From Macrostomum hystrix (lineage: Eukaryota; Animalia; Platyhelminthes): a stretch of 64,000 bases of DNA. Both the position numbers and the translations under genes were made by a program. The notes below the pieces were generated by a model, which saw nothing but the letters and a program-made list of their open reading frames with translations, had not been told where the DNA came from and did not search any database. Where the stretch lies: contig CATNEN010000005.1 of the NCBI GenBank assembly GCA_950097015.1, forward strand, positions 1,674,001 through 1,738,000, in the 5' to 3' direction. Below, in pieces: positions 36,401 to 48,863 of this stretch. Numbering within the stretch: the stretch's first letter is position 1; each line of letters opens with the position of its first letter.

Positions 36401-37457
36401 AGCAGTTTCGCTTCTGCGTTATGCCAGCGTTACTCGCAGTTGCTGATGCAGGTGAGCATTTTTCGTTTTTTAAGGATTTAGTAGCTAGACTAGAGCTGAG
36501 CTGGTAGAGTATATTTGTGCTTCTTAGTAGGCGTCATGTTTAGGTGTAAAAATACGCAAACTTTATTTTTTATTTACAATTACACACTGATTTGATGCAC
36601 TCTTGTTTGATATAATTCTGTTGCTAAATTTTCTCCTAATTTGAGTTTCAGAAAGTATAATTGATTGCTTTATACCAATATTTACCTCACAGATCGGCTC
36701 AGGTTCTATTGAGGAGGACTCTGATGGCAACGTTTCGCTTCCGCCTGAGATCCTGATGCCGGCAGGTGCCTCCCTGAAGGACCTGATCGAGTTCGTTTAC
36801 CCTTCGTTCGAAGCAACTGACGCTAGAGACGCCTACTTTGCCAGCAGAGTAATTTTGGCTCCGTATAACGAGGCCGTTGATGCGATCAACGATGAGTGCC
36901 TGGCCATGTTCCCGGGCAGCATGCGGGAGATCAAGTCGATCGACAGCGTGGCTGATGAGGATTCTGCCACGCACTTCCCTCCTGAGCTGCTCAACCGATT
37001 GGAGGCACCGAACTTGCCGAAGCACCTGCTTAAGTTTAAAGTGGGCATGCCGGTGGTGCTTCTGCGAAACATCAACCCGCCACGGCTGTGCAACGGAACG
37101 CGACTGATTGTCCTGGCACTGGGGGACAATGTGCTGCGGTGCAAAGTTGCGGCAGGCCAATTCTCTGGTGACGAGATTCTGCTGCCCCGGATTCCGCTAC
37201 AGCCGAACAATGCGGACCTGCCAGTGTGCTTCAAGAGGCTGCAGTTTCCCGTCCGGGCCAGCTTCTGCCTGACGGTTCACAAAGCTCAGGGCCAGTCTCT
37301 GGAGACCGTGGGCATCGACTTGGCGGAAGGCTGCTTCGCCCACGGCCAGCTGTACACCGCTCTGTCTCGGGCCAAAGATGCAGCCAATGTTCGCATCCGG
37401 ATTTCCGGTAACAAGACGAGAAACATTGTGTACCCAGAGGTGCTTTCTGAAGATTAG
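30415..37457 (+). CDS. Helitron OTU-Rep-PIF1 helicase protein, 10 exons, 1764 aa, no stop or frameshift
   Basis: Exons 30415-30920, 31143-31652, 31791-31856, 32014-32598, 32847-33631, 33861-34203, 34438-34756, 34937-35955, 36055-36451 and 36693-37457 (5295 nt, all GT-AG, phases match). Motifs: 23-aa charged repeats; OTU VPGDGNCYFHAV...GEHYES; CRHC...CC zinc motif; Rep LFITATCNPKW, EYQKRGLPHVHILL, KYIIKY; helicase DAPAGTGKT, VWDEVSM, GDFRQLLPV, TVHKAQGQSL, HGQLYTALSR. Confidence 0.92.
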
Positions 37458-38618
37458 GCTGACCAACAGTTTCTGAAACTTATCGTTGGAGTGCCCTTGA
37501 TTTCATCAGCGGTAAATGTCAGTGGGATAGCTCATTCTCGTACAGAGAGCTGAATTTTTGGGAAGCAATCATGTACAATTGGAAACGGAGCTCATAAACG
37601 CTACTCATAAACAATTCCACGTGGGTTTAGGAATGGAATGTAAGCCTAATCCAAAGCTAAAATGTGCCCGTTAAAAATATCCCGTTTTAATCGTCAATCG
37701 ACGATGACAGCGAATTCATTGGCCCACATGCTTCCAATGTTTATAAACTTGTCTTTAACGGACATTTTTTTACACCTGTCCGCACAGACATGCCGTCAAT
37801 CGACGATGACAGCGAATTCATTGGCCCACATGCTTCCAATTGCTTTCAATGTTTAGACTTCCGTCTTCAAGGGACAGTTTTTCGTAAAGTGCTGTTTTTT
37901 CGTCGAAGTCCAATTCAGTAAACTTTGCTATTGTTTCTATACTATTTTAATGTTATCTGCCCATTTTTCTACTTGGTGACTGCCTTGGTCTCTAAGCAGC
38001 AAGCATTTTTCTATTCAAATCTCAAGGACGCAATTCGCAAATGAATTTTTAAAGGTTCCTGATTTATGATTTGCTTGCTGCTGCATCAGGGAAGGGCCTC
38101 CCTCTCGGTTAACAAAAATCCCTGATGGATAGACGCCAATGCAAAACGGAAGCAGACAGTTTGTATTTTGTAACAAAAGATGATTAAAACCGTACCTCAT
38201 TATAAACAATTAAGTTGCAATCCACTTGCATCGATTTTTTGAATCATTTGTCAATGTTGATGCTTTGTCAATGTTGTCAATGTCAATCGGTTTTTACCTA
38301 AAGCAGCCATGCGACTGTCCGCTTCTGAGTCACGACGAGAGGGAATTGAATAAAAATTTGCTGAAAGCTATCAATGTCAAAAGGCCTAGCTTTCGTACTT
38401 TAACACAATTGAGTCCGAATTGTATACTGCTCGCTCAAATCACTGAATTGCTATTTACACCATGTTGTAAAATGTGCCCCCGAACGGGGGGCTAAATTGC
38501 TATCCTCCATTCCATCCTCCATCCATCATTGTAGCTTAAAAAAATACAGCTGCTAAAAAGTATACACTGGACGAATTAAAAATATTTGTGCTCCCCGGAG
38601 GGGGGCAAAACTTGCTAG

Positions 38619-41215
38619 TCCAACTATACTAAATCTCTAAAGTCTGTCTGTCTGTCTGTCTGTGGAATTTCGATACACAGGCTAAATGCCTCAACCAAAT
38701 TTGATCGCGTTTTTTGCTAAACATGCCAAATTTTACTGGCATGAGACCTTGAAAATTTCGTTAGTCTGCTTCAATGCTAACAATATTAAATATTCGAAAA
38801 ACGAGTTTTCCTATTGCTTTCAATAGGAGGCCAAACAAGGTTAAATTAGAATAGGGCCGGACACTGTCAGCTTTATTAGATTGCATCGGTGCTTTTTCTC
38901 GCCCGCGCGTGCATTGGTATAGCACTGAACAGGGCCCGATACTCTCAATTGAATAGGATTGCGTCACTGCTTTTCGACCCGTACGTACGTTTATAAATTT
39001 GTCTCTTGGCTGATCGAGTGATTTGATTTAAATACGCAAACCGTACATAGCAGATTTCATGATTGGGCTTTTATGATGCTCAATGCTAGCGAGACCTCTC
39101 CTCCTCCTTTCTATCCATAAAACTGCAGCCTTTCTATTGTCAAACCTTGTCTCGACTTCGATCATTGTGCCGCTTTCTTTTCATCTAGCTCCGAAGTAAA
39201 GTACTTTAATGCTATTGTAGAATGCAGGTAGAATTTCAGCATCGGTTTTGTTACTGCTTCTTTTTCTTCTAATCTTCTAAACATCAGCAGTTAAAAACGT
39301 AAGTTCCTGTTTATTAGTATTTTTTGGGCATTTTTGGGTTCGAGTATAAATACGAGTAAGTAAGTAAGCGATTTTGGTTAGCTACTGTCGAAGCAGATAT
39401 TTGTTAGCTTTATTATTCCTGTACTCGCTTTCAGAAAATAGTATTCGTTTTCGAGTAAAGCAGCAAGTTTTATTCGATAATAAAACTTAGGAAATATTTT
39501 TTGTGCATAGCTGCAGGCGCTATCACAATTGAGAACTGCAAGAAAAAAATATTGAGCGCAGCTAAGAGCGTAAATTATTTCCAATTTTTCTATTTTTTAG
39601 CATTGCTTTAAGCGTTATTCGATTAAAAAAATGGCTTATTTTATAATAATAATTATAAAACTTTATTCGACGAAGTCTGATCGAAACCGTTTTCTAAAGT
39701 GCTCAACGATTTTCTAAATGTGTCCAACGATTTTCTAAATGTGTCCAACGATTTTCTAAATGTGTTTAACAGTTTTCTAAATGTATCTACCGTGCCACAT
39801 GTAACAGGAGATGTAACAGGAGATATTTGTTGCCTTCTGGGCTGAGTAAAACGATGGACACATCGTTTCTATGCTATTTGGGGGCAATGGTTTCCTGTCA
39901 AAGAAAAAGGGCAAAAATTTCTTGCTGCGAGTTTGGTAGCCTGCAAGTAGCCTCCATTCTGGTATTATGGAGGTTCTCTTCTGTTTGAAGAACATTAGTT
40001 CTCTGCTGCTGGGGGAATTAGTTCTCGGCTGCTGGGGGAATTGGTTCTCTGTTGCTCGGGGAATTAGTTCTCTGTTGCTGGGGAAATTAGTTCTCTGCTG
40101 CTGGGGAAATTAGTTCTCTGCTGCTGGGGAAATTAGTTCTCATGGCAAAACCAGCGTTTGAATCATGGCTAAACTAGAGTTTGAATCATAGTTAAACCAG
40201 AGTCTGAATCATTCTAAGCCAGAGTCTGAATCATGGCTAAACCAGAGCTTAAATCATGGCTAAACCAGAGTCTGAATCATGGCTAAATTTACGTTTGAAT
40301 CATGGCAAAACCAGAGTTTGAATAATGGCTAAACAAGAGTTTGAATCATGGCTAAACCAGCGTTTGAATCATGGCCAACCAGCGTCTGAATCATGGCTAA
40401 ACCAGAGTTTATATCATGGCTAAACCAGAGTTTGAATCAAAGATAAACCAGAACTGGGGGATAATCGTCAACTGTGGGATAATTGTAAACTGGGGAATCA
40501 TCATCAAATGGGGATCATGGTCAACTGGGAGATCATTGTCAACTGGGTGATCATCATCAACTGGGGGATCATTGTCAACTAGGGGGTAATAGCCAACTGG
40601 GGTAACATTGTCAACTGGGGATCATCATCAATGGGGGATCATAGTCAACTGGGAGATAATTGTCAACTGGGTGATCATCATCAACTGGGGGATCATTGTA
40701 ACCTGGGGGATCAATGTAAACTGGGGGATCATTGTCAACTGGGTGATTATCTTCAACTGGTGGATCATTGTCAACTGTGGGATCATTGTCAACTGGGGGA
40801 TCATTGTCAACTGGTGGATCATTATCAACTGGGGGATCATTGTCAACTGTGGGATCATTGTCAACTTGGGGAACATTGTCAACTGGGGGATCATCATCAA
40901 CTGGGGGATCATTGTCAACTGGGGAATCATTGTCGACTGGGGGACCATTGTCAACTGGGGGATCATTGTCCCAGATCATTGTCAACTGGGGGATCATTGT
41001 CAACTGGGGGATCATTGTCAACTGGGGGATCATCATCAACTGGGAATCATTGTCGACTGAGGGACCATTGTCAACCGGGGGATCATTATCAACTGGGGGA
41101 TCATTGTCAACTGATCATTGTAGCGTAAAAAAGGCTAAAAATACAGCTGCTAAAAAGTGTATACTGGACGAATTAAAAATATTTCTGCTCCCCGAAGGGG
41201 GGCAAAACTTGCTAG
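38619..41215 (+). mobile_element. Non-autonomous Helitron, unit 2
   Basis: Starts TCCAACTATACTAAA directly after the CTAG of unit 1; first about 0.9 kb closely matches 20820-21680; ends with the hairpin and CTAG at 41212-41215. Confidence 0.85.
40140..41115. repeat. 23-bp satellite (about 40140-40450) followed by 18-bp satellite (about 40450-41115)
   Basis: GAATCATGGCTAAACCAGAGTTT, then TCAACTGGGGGATCATTG. Confidence 0.92.
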
Positions 41216-41809
41216 TCCACTATACTAAAAATGAAATGGTTGGTTGGTTGGTTGGTTGGTTGTAATTGATTTTCTCCCGAACGGCTCAACCGATTTTCAC
41301 CATTTCTTCACCAAAAGATGCTAAATATGGGGACAATTTTACACGTATTTTTATTAAGCTGAACTTCATTGCTAAGGGGATTAAATATTCGAAAAACATG
41401 ATTTTTTAAAGGTCAAACCATCTTGGCCTATTGAGAATTTCACTGACAGCCACTGAATTAGAATTGCATCGTCAAATTGCGCAACAACCCCTAGCTGATT
41501 GAATTTGAAGCCTGCACTCTGGAGACAAATTTGAAATAAATGTACACAACCAACTGCGAGACTGAGTGTACTCTATTTTCTTACTTCATTGTACAAAGCC
41601 AGAACTTTGAGAATTCATTTTATAAGGCTGATTTTTGCACCCACTAACCAACAGTCGGAATAGCCGATGTGTAGGCACTAGGAATAGGTTAGGCTAGGCT
41701 AGGGTTCGATTCTGCACTGGGTCAAATCATTTAGACTAATTTTCAGCCAGTAGTGATTGAAGATTATTTTATATTATTTTTTATATTTCGTAAATAAAAT
41801 ATCATAAAT

Positions 41810-44095
41810 CATAGCAAATCTGAGTTTGAATCATGGCTAAACCAGAGTTTGAATCATGGCTAAACCAGCGTCTGAATCATGGCTAAACCAGAGTTTGAAT
41901 CATGGCTAAACCAGAGTCTGAATCATGGCTAAACCAGAGTTTAAATCATGGCTAAACCAGAGTCTGAATCATGGCTAAACCAGAGTTTGAATCATGGCTA
42001 AACCAGAGTCTGAATCATGGCTAAACCAGCGTCTGAATCATGGCTAAACCAGAGTTTGAACCATGGCTAAACCAGAGTCTGAATCATGGCTAAACCAGAG
42101 TTTAAATCATGGCTAAACCAGAGTCTGAATCATGGCTAAACCAGAGTTTCAATCATGGCTAAACCAGCGTCTGAATCATGGCTAAACCAGCGTCTGAATC
42201 ATGGCTAAACCAGAGTTTGAATCATGGCTAAACCAGAGTCTGAATCATGGCTAAACCAGCATCTGAATCATGGCTAAACCAGAGTCTGAATCATGGCTAA
42301 ACCAGAGTCTGAATCATGGCTAAACCAGAGTTTGAATCATGGCTAAACCAGAGTTTGAAACATGGCTAAACCAGAGCTTGAATCATGGCAAAACCAGAGT
42401 CTGAATCATGGCTAAACCAGAGTCTGAATCATGGCAAAACGAGAGTTTGAATCATAGCCCACCAGGGTTTAAAACATGGCTAAACCAGAGTTTGAATCTT
42501 GGCTAAACCAGAGTTTGAATCATAGCCAACCAGAGTCTGAATCATGGCAAAACGAGAGTTTGAATCATAGCCCACCAGGGTTTAAAACATGGCGAAACCT
42601 GAGTTTGAATCATGGCTAAACCAGAGTCTGAATCATGGCTAAACCAGAGTTTAAATCATGGCTAAACCAGAGTCTGAATCATGGCTTAACCAGAGTTTAA
42701 ATCATGGCTAAACCAGAGTCTGAATCATGGCTAAACCAGAGTTTCAATCATGGCTAAACCAGCGTCTGAATCATGGCTAAACCAGCGTCTGAATCATGGC
42801 TAAACCAGAGTCTGAATCATGGCTAAACCAGAGTTTGAATCATGGCTAAACCAGAGTTTGAAACATGGCTAAACCAGAGCTTGAATCATGGCAAAACCAG
42901 AGTCTGAATCATGGCTAAACCAGAGTTTAAATCATGGCTAAACCAGAGTTTGAATCATAGCCAACCAGAGTCTGAATCATGGCAAAACGAGAGTTTGAAT
43001 CATAGCCCACCAGGGTTTAAAACATGGCTAAACCAGGGTTTGAATCTTGGCTAAACCAGAGTTTGAATCATGGCTAAACCAGAGTCTGAATCATGGCTAA
43101 ACCAGCGTCTGAATCATGGCTAAACCAGCGTCTGAATCATGGCTAAACCAGAGTTTGAATCATGGCTAAACCAGAGTCTGAATCATGGCTAAACCAGCGT
43201 CTGAATCATGGCTAAACCAGAGTCTGAATCATGGCTAAACCAGAGTCTGAATCATGGCTAAACCAGAGTTTGAATCATGGCTAAACCAGAGTTTGAAACA
43301 TGGCTAAACCAGAGCTTGAATCATGGCAAAACCAGAGTTTGAATCATGGCTAAACCAGAGTCTGAATCATGGCAAAACGAGAGTTTGAATCATAGCCCAC
43401 CAGGGTTTAAAACATGGCGAAACCAGAGTCTGAATCATGGCTTAACCAGAGTTTGAATCATGGCTAAACCAGAGTCTGAATCATGGCTAAACCAGCGTCT
43501 GAATCATGGCTAAACCAGAGTTTGAACCATGGCTAAACCAGAGTCTGAATCATGGCTAAACCAGAGTTTAAATCATGGCTAAACCAGAGTCTGAATCATG
43601 GCTAAACCAGAGTTTCAATCATGGCTAAACCAGCGTCTGAATCATGGCTAAACCAGCGTCTGAATCATGGCTAAACCAGAGTTTGAATCATGGCTAAACC
43701 AGAGTCTGAATCATGGCTAAACCAGCGTCTGAATCATGGCTAAACCAGAGTCTGAATCATGGCTAAACCAGAGTCTGAATCATGGCTAAACCAGAGTTTG
43801 AATCATGGCTAAACCAGAGTTTGAAACATGGCTAAACCAGAGCTTGAATCATGGCAAAACCAGAGTCTGAATCATGGCTAAACCAGAGTCTGAATCATGG
43901 CAAAACGAGAGTTTGAATCATAGCCCACCAGGGTTTAAAACATGGCTAAACCAGAGTTTGAATCTTGGCTAAATCAGAGTTTGAATCATAGCCAACCAGA
44001 GTCTGAATCATGGCAAAACGAGAGTTTGAATCATAGCCCACCAGGGTTTAAAACATGGCGAAACCTGAGTTTGAATCTTGGCTTACCCAGTGTTT
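41810..44095. repeat. 23-bp satellite, about 2.3 kb, with recurring variant blocks
   Basis: GAATCATGGCTAAACCAGAG(T/C)(T/C)T; the variant CATAGCCCACCAGGGTTTAAAAC recurs. Confidence 0.95.
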
Positions 44096-44099
44096 GAAA

Positions 44100-45800
44100 A
44101 ATCAACGTCAACTGGGGAGTCATCATCAAAATGGGGATCATGGTGAACTGGGGGATAATCGTCAACTGGGGGATCATGGTAAACTGGGGGATAATTGTCA
44201 ACTGGGGGATCATTGTCAACTGGGGGATCATTGTCAACTGGGGATCATTGTCAACTGGGGGATCATTGTCAACTGGGGGATCATCGTCAACTGGGGGATC
44301 ATTGTCAACTGGGGTATCATTTTCAACTGGGGGATCATTGTCAACTAGGGGATCATTGTCCACTGGGGAATGATTGTCAACTGGGTAATCATGTCAACTG
44401 GGGGATCATTGTCAACTGGGGGATCATTGTCAACTGTAGGATCATTGTCAACTAGGGGATCATGGCCAACTGGGGATCATTGTGAACTGGGTGATCATTG
44501 TCAACTGGGGGATCATCTTCAACTGGGGGATCATTGTCAACTGGGAGATCATTGTAAACTGAAGGATCATCATCAACTGGGGGATCATTGTCAACTGGGG
44601 GATCATTGTCAACTGTAGGATCATTGTCAACTAGGGGATCATGGCCAACTGGGGATCATTGTGAACTGGGTGATCATTGTCAACTGGGGGATCATCTTCA
44701 ACTGGGGGATCATTGTCAACTGGGAGATCATTGTAAACTGGGGGATCATCATCAACTGGGGGATCATTGTCAACTGTGGGATCATTGTCAACTAGGGGAT
44801 CATGGCCAACTGGGGATCATTGTGAACTGGGTGATCATTGTCAACTGGGGGATCATCTTCAACTGGGTGATCATTGTCAACTGGGGTATCATTGTAAACT
44901 GGGGGATCATTGTCCACTGGGGAATGATTGTCAACTGGGTAATCATTGTCAACTGGGTAATCATTGTCAACTGGGGGATCATTGTCAACTGGGGGATCAT
45001 TGTCAACTGGGGGATCATTGTCAACTGGGGGATCATTGTAAACTGGGGGATCATTTTCAACTGGGAGATCATTGTAAACTGGGGAATCATCATCAACTGG
45101 GGGATCATTATAAACTGGGGGATCATTGTCAACTGTGGGATCATTGTCAACTAGGGGATCATGGCCAACTGGGGATCATTGTGAACTGGGGGATCATTGT
45201 CAACTGGGGGAACATTGTCAACTGGGGGATCATTGTCAACTGGGAGATCATTGTAAACTGGGGAATCATCATCAACTGGGGGATCATTGTAAACTGGGGG
45301 ATCATTGTCAACTGTGGGATCATTGTCAACTAGGGGATCATGGCCAACTGGGGATCATTGTGAACTGGGGGATCATTGTCAACTGGTGGATCATTGTCAA
45401 CTGGGAGATCATTGTCAACTGGGGGATCATTGTCAACTGGGGGATCATTGTCAACTGGAGGATCATTGTCAACTGGGTGATCATTATCAACTGGGGGATC
45501 ATTGTCAACTGGGGGATCATTGTCAACTGTGGGATCATTGTCAACTGGGGGATCATTGTCAACTGGTGGATCATTGTCAACTGGGAGATCATTGTCAACT
45601 GGGGGATCATTGTCAACTGGGGGATCATTGTCAACTGGGGGATCATTGTCAACTGGGTGATCATTATCAACTGGGGGATCATTGTCAACTGGGGGATCAT
45701 TGTCAACTGGGGGATCATTGTCAACTGGGGGATCATTGTCAACTGGGGGATCATTGTCAACTGGGGGATCATTATCAACTGGGGGATCATTGTCAACTGA
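44100..45800. repeat. 18-bp satellite, about 1.7 kb
   Basis: TCAACTGGGGGATCATTG; produces the spurious LGDHCQ and NWGIIV ORFs. Confidence 0.95.
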
Positions 45801-46014
45801 TCATTGTAGCGCAAAAAAGGCTGACAATACAGCTGCTAAAAAGTATATACTGGACGAGTTAAAAATATTTCTGCTCCCCGAAGGGGGGCAAAACTTGCTA
45901 GTGTTTTTTCTAAAAATACTCGAAAAAAGGCTCCGCCGAAGAAGTCCCCTGAAACCAAAAAGAGGAAACGACATCGTCGTCGTTAGCGTCGTAAAAAGAG
46001 TTGACTTTGAAAAA

Positions 46015-46179
46015 GAATTCGGCACGCTTTGAAGAGCAGGTCGCATCTGCAAGAATTGGGACAGGGAGAGAATTCGGCACGCTTTGAAGAGCAGGTCGCA
46101 TCTGCAAGAATTGGGACAGGGAGAGAATTCGGCACGCTTTGAAAGGCAGGTCGCATCTGCAAGAATTGGGACAGGGAGA
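46015..46179. repeat. 55-bp tandem repeat x3
   Basis: GAATTCGGCACGCTTTGA... at 46015, 46070 and 46125. Confidence 0.9.
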
Positions 46180-46295
46180 GAATTCAGTACTTCGCAAAGT
46201 CAAACACTTCTTCTTCTTCTGCGTCGGCCTGCTGCTGCTCCAGCCTCCTCGCTGTCCTGTCGCTGAGTTGTTACTTCTGTAATGTTAGTAATAAT

Positions 46296-47641
46296 GATAG
46301 TTGAAATACAAACTGAATATGTCAGTTGCCAGGTGCCGGGTTGAATCACTCATAACGACCAATGGGTTTGTATTTTGCGTTTTTTTCTAATGTCCGGTAC
46401 CCTGAGCTAATCGGAGAGCCTGACAAGTATGAACTTTCCGCGAGGCACGCGTTGCCCCTCAGAGACCTGCGAGAATGCCAGATAACAACTCGTAGTTGCA
46501 CAGCGCGTAGTTAAGTTGCGGGTTTACCTTCCGCTTGGCAGCCAGGGCCTCCCTCGCCGGCTGCGTTTGATGCCTTCGCTTCTGCCTTTTGGTCAGCCGA
46601 GGCGGCGGCGGCGGTGTCGGCGGCGGCGGCGGAGGTGTCGGCGGATGCGGCGGCGGCGGTGTCGGCGGCGGCGGTGGCGGGGGTGTCGGCGGATGTGGCG
46701 GCGGCACCAATGGTTGGGGCGGCGGCTGTGTCGGCGGCGGCGGCGGCGGGGGTGTCGGCGGATGCGGCGGCGGCGGAGGTGTCGGCGGATGCGGCGGCGG
46801 CGGTGTCGGCGGCGGCGGTGGCGGGGGTGTCGGCGGATGCGGCGGCGGCACCAATAGTTGGGGCGGCGGCTGTGTCGGCGGCGGCGGCGGCGGGGGTGTC
46901 GGCGGATGCGGCGGCGGCGGTGGCCCCGCGGTAGCCTCTGCTGCTGCTGCTGCTGGTGCTGTTGCTGCTGCTGTTGCTGCTGCTGCTGGTGCGGCTGCTC
47001 CGGCGCCGGCGGCCGCGACTGCATTCACCAGTGCTTGCGCTAAAAAATATGAATGGGCTAATGTTCATAAATTTAGAATGTCATAGTACGAGAGCGATGA
47101 GACACGGGAGAGATAAGACACGAGAGCGATGAGACACGGGAGAGATTAGACACGAGAGCGATGAGACACAGGAGAGATTAGACACGGGAGAGATGAGACT
47201 CGGGAGAGATGAGACGCAGGAGAGATTAGACACGGGAGAGATGAGACACGGGAGAGATTAGACACAGGATAGATTAGACACGGGAGAGATGAGACACGGG
47301 AGACATGAGACACGGGATAGATTAGACACAGGAGAGATTAGACACGGGAGAGATGAGACACAGGAGAGATTAGACACGGGAGAGATTAGACACGAGAGAG
47401 ATGAAACAGGACACTGTAGATGTCAGAAGGGGCAACGGGCCGGATTTGGGAGCTTCGAGGGCCGCATCTGGCCCGCGGGCCGGAGTTTGCCGACCCCTGA
47501 ATTAAATTATATTAATATTCAAATTAAAATAAGCGAAAGTTCGAATGTCAAATTTGTGTGCGTACGTCTACTGTACATCTGATACCAAAACTACACAGTT
47601 TCAAGACGAGAATGTGAAGACTAATTATTCGTTTATTCTAC
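46296..47641. other. Direct segmental duplicate of about 12539-13888 (last exon of the orphan gene plus the 18-bp minisatellite)
   Basis: Near-identical sequence; the ORF 46459..47028 protein equals that of 12705..13274. Confidence 0.9.
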
Positions 47642-47769
47642 AATAAAATTTGATGGGTTTTATTGCTGGCCCAAGCTGCTTTCAAAATCGATGCGGCTGA
47701 GGTGCGGCTAGCTTTTGGTCAGTTTTTAAATGGATATATTTTTATAGAAAATATCTATAAAAATCTTAT

Positions 47770-48863
47770 ATATTTTTAAACGCTTTAAAATAATTAAGTA
47801 TATGCAAGTTTTTAGTATATTTTTGTTGCTATATTTATACGTTTTGTTTTTTTGTTATAATGAATGGTTATGTTTAGCTCAATGCAGATATTTGAAACGC
47901 TGCACGTTTTCGGCGCGTGTCGTGCAGCTGTTTGAGGTCACACGTGTAAGAATTCAGATTCAAATCCAAGTGCTAGTAGTGTGAGACACTACACCTCCAC
48001 TCCCATCTTATCACTCCCACTCGCACCTTGAACTATAAGAAATGGCTTTGAGATTTCACTAGTGGAACCTAATATATTATTTTTGTTATGTAAACAATTA
48101 TCCTAATAATTGGTTTTTTGAACATATTTTAAATGGATATATTTTTATAGAATATATGTATAAAATCTTAGACGTCTATCTACACCAAAGACTACCATTG
48201 ACTACCTTTGAATAGAATGCTACTAACCTATAAACTTTAGACTCCTAGCATAGTTAAAATCATTCTTTAAGGATTTGGAGCTAAAAGACGTTGCTTTTTT
48301 ATTTGTAAAATTTGTAACTGGGTCATGGGATATTTTAAAAACAACCATTAAAAGATGTGTTTTCCTGTGACAAGGTTGTATCGGTGTAAAGGAAACCTCT
48401 TTTATGGTCATTCACATTAAGATTTTCCTTTCATGCTACTTCTTGGCCTCTTGGAGCCCTACCTGTTAGCTAGAAGGAAAGAGACAATGATTTCTACACA
48501 ATCTGCAATTGGCCAGGCTGCTTTTGGGGGCATAATTCATAGGCAACAAAATGGGCATTTCTGTTTATATTAAGAACTCCCTATTCTATTTGCTTGTCAG
48601 TTGTCACTTGGCAAATTTTGTCTTGATAAATTCTAACTTAAAACCTGTCCCTCTATTTTTATGTTTTGTCTATAGACCTGTTGATGACTCTTATCTTGTC
48701 AACATAACAAAGTTGTGGCTTTGTAAATTCAGGCTATTGCCTATTAGGTTAACAAATCCATCTAGCCCAATCTATTTAATTGGATACTTTAATGCCCATA
48801 TTACTTTAGCCTAGCCTATGTATCCTAGAAACTGTGATTTCATTTATATATAATAAATTTAAT
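47770..48863. other. Inverted segmental duplicate of about 15240-16357
   Basis: Reverse-complement match; mirrored ORFs 48223..48411 and 48551..48814. Confidence 0.85.

Larger units (their letters stand above)
20795..38618 (+). mobile_element. Autonomous Helitron, unit 1 (about 10.3 kb plus a nested 7.5-kb CACTA)
   Basis: 5' A|TCCAACTATACTAAA followed by (TCTG)n. 3' GC-rich hairpin GCTCCCCGGAGGGGGGC, then AAAACTTGCTAG ending at 38618. Contains the Rep-helicase gene. Confidence 0.88.
41216..45901 (+). mobile_element. Non-autonomous Helitron, unit 3 (different 5' subfamily, satellite-expanded)
   Basis: Starts TCCACTATACTAAAAATG followed by (GGTT)n; ends GCTCCCCGAAGGGGGGC-AAAACTTGCTAG at 45901, followed by T. 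Confidence 0.85.

Noticed and set aside
20795-38618. Helentron/Helitron2 classification because of the OTU domain
   Set aside because: Termini are TC and hairpin-CTAG at an A|T site, and no AP-endonuclease follows the helicase.
41810-44095. CRISPR-like regular array (also the 30-bp, 55-bp and 843-bp repeats)
   Set aside because: Repeats are directly adjacent with no unique spacers, there are no cas genes, and the context is spliceosomal-intron eukaryotic DNA.
40608-45862. Many overlapping ORFs (LGDHCQ, NWGIIV, STGGSL, MIPQLT repeats)
   Set aside because: They are translations of an 18-bp satellite that is open in several frames on both strands; no unique coding content.
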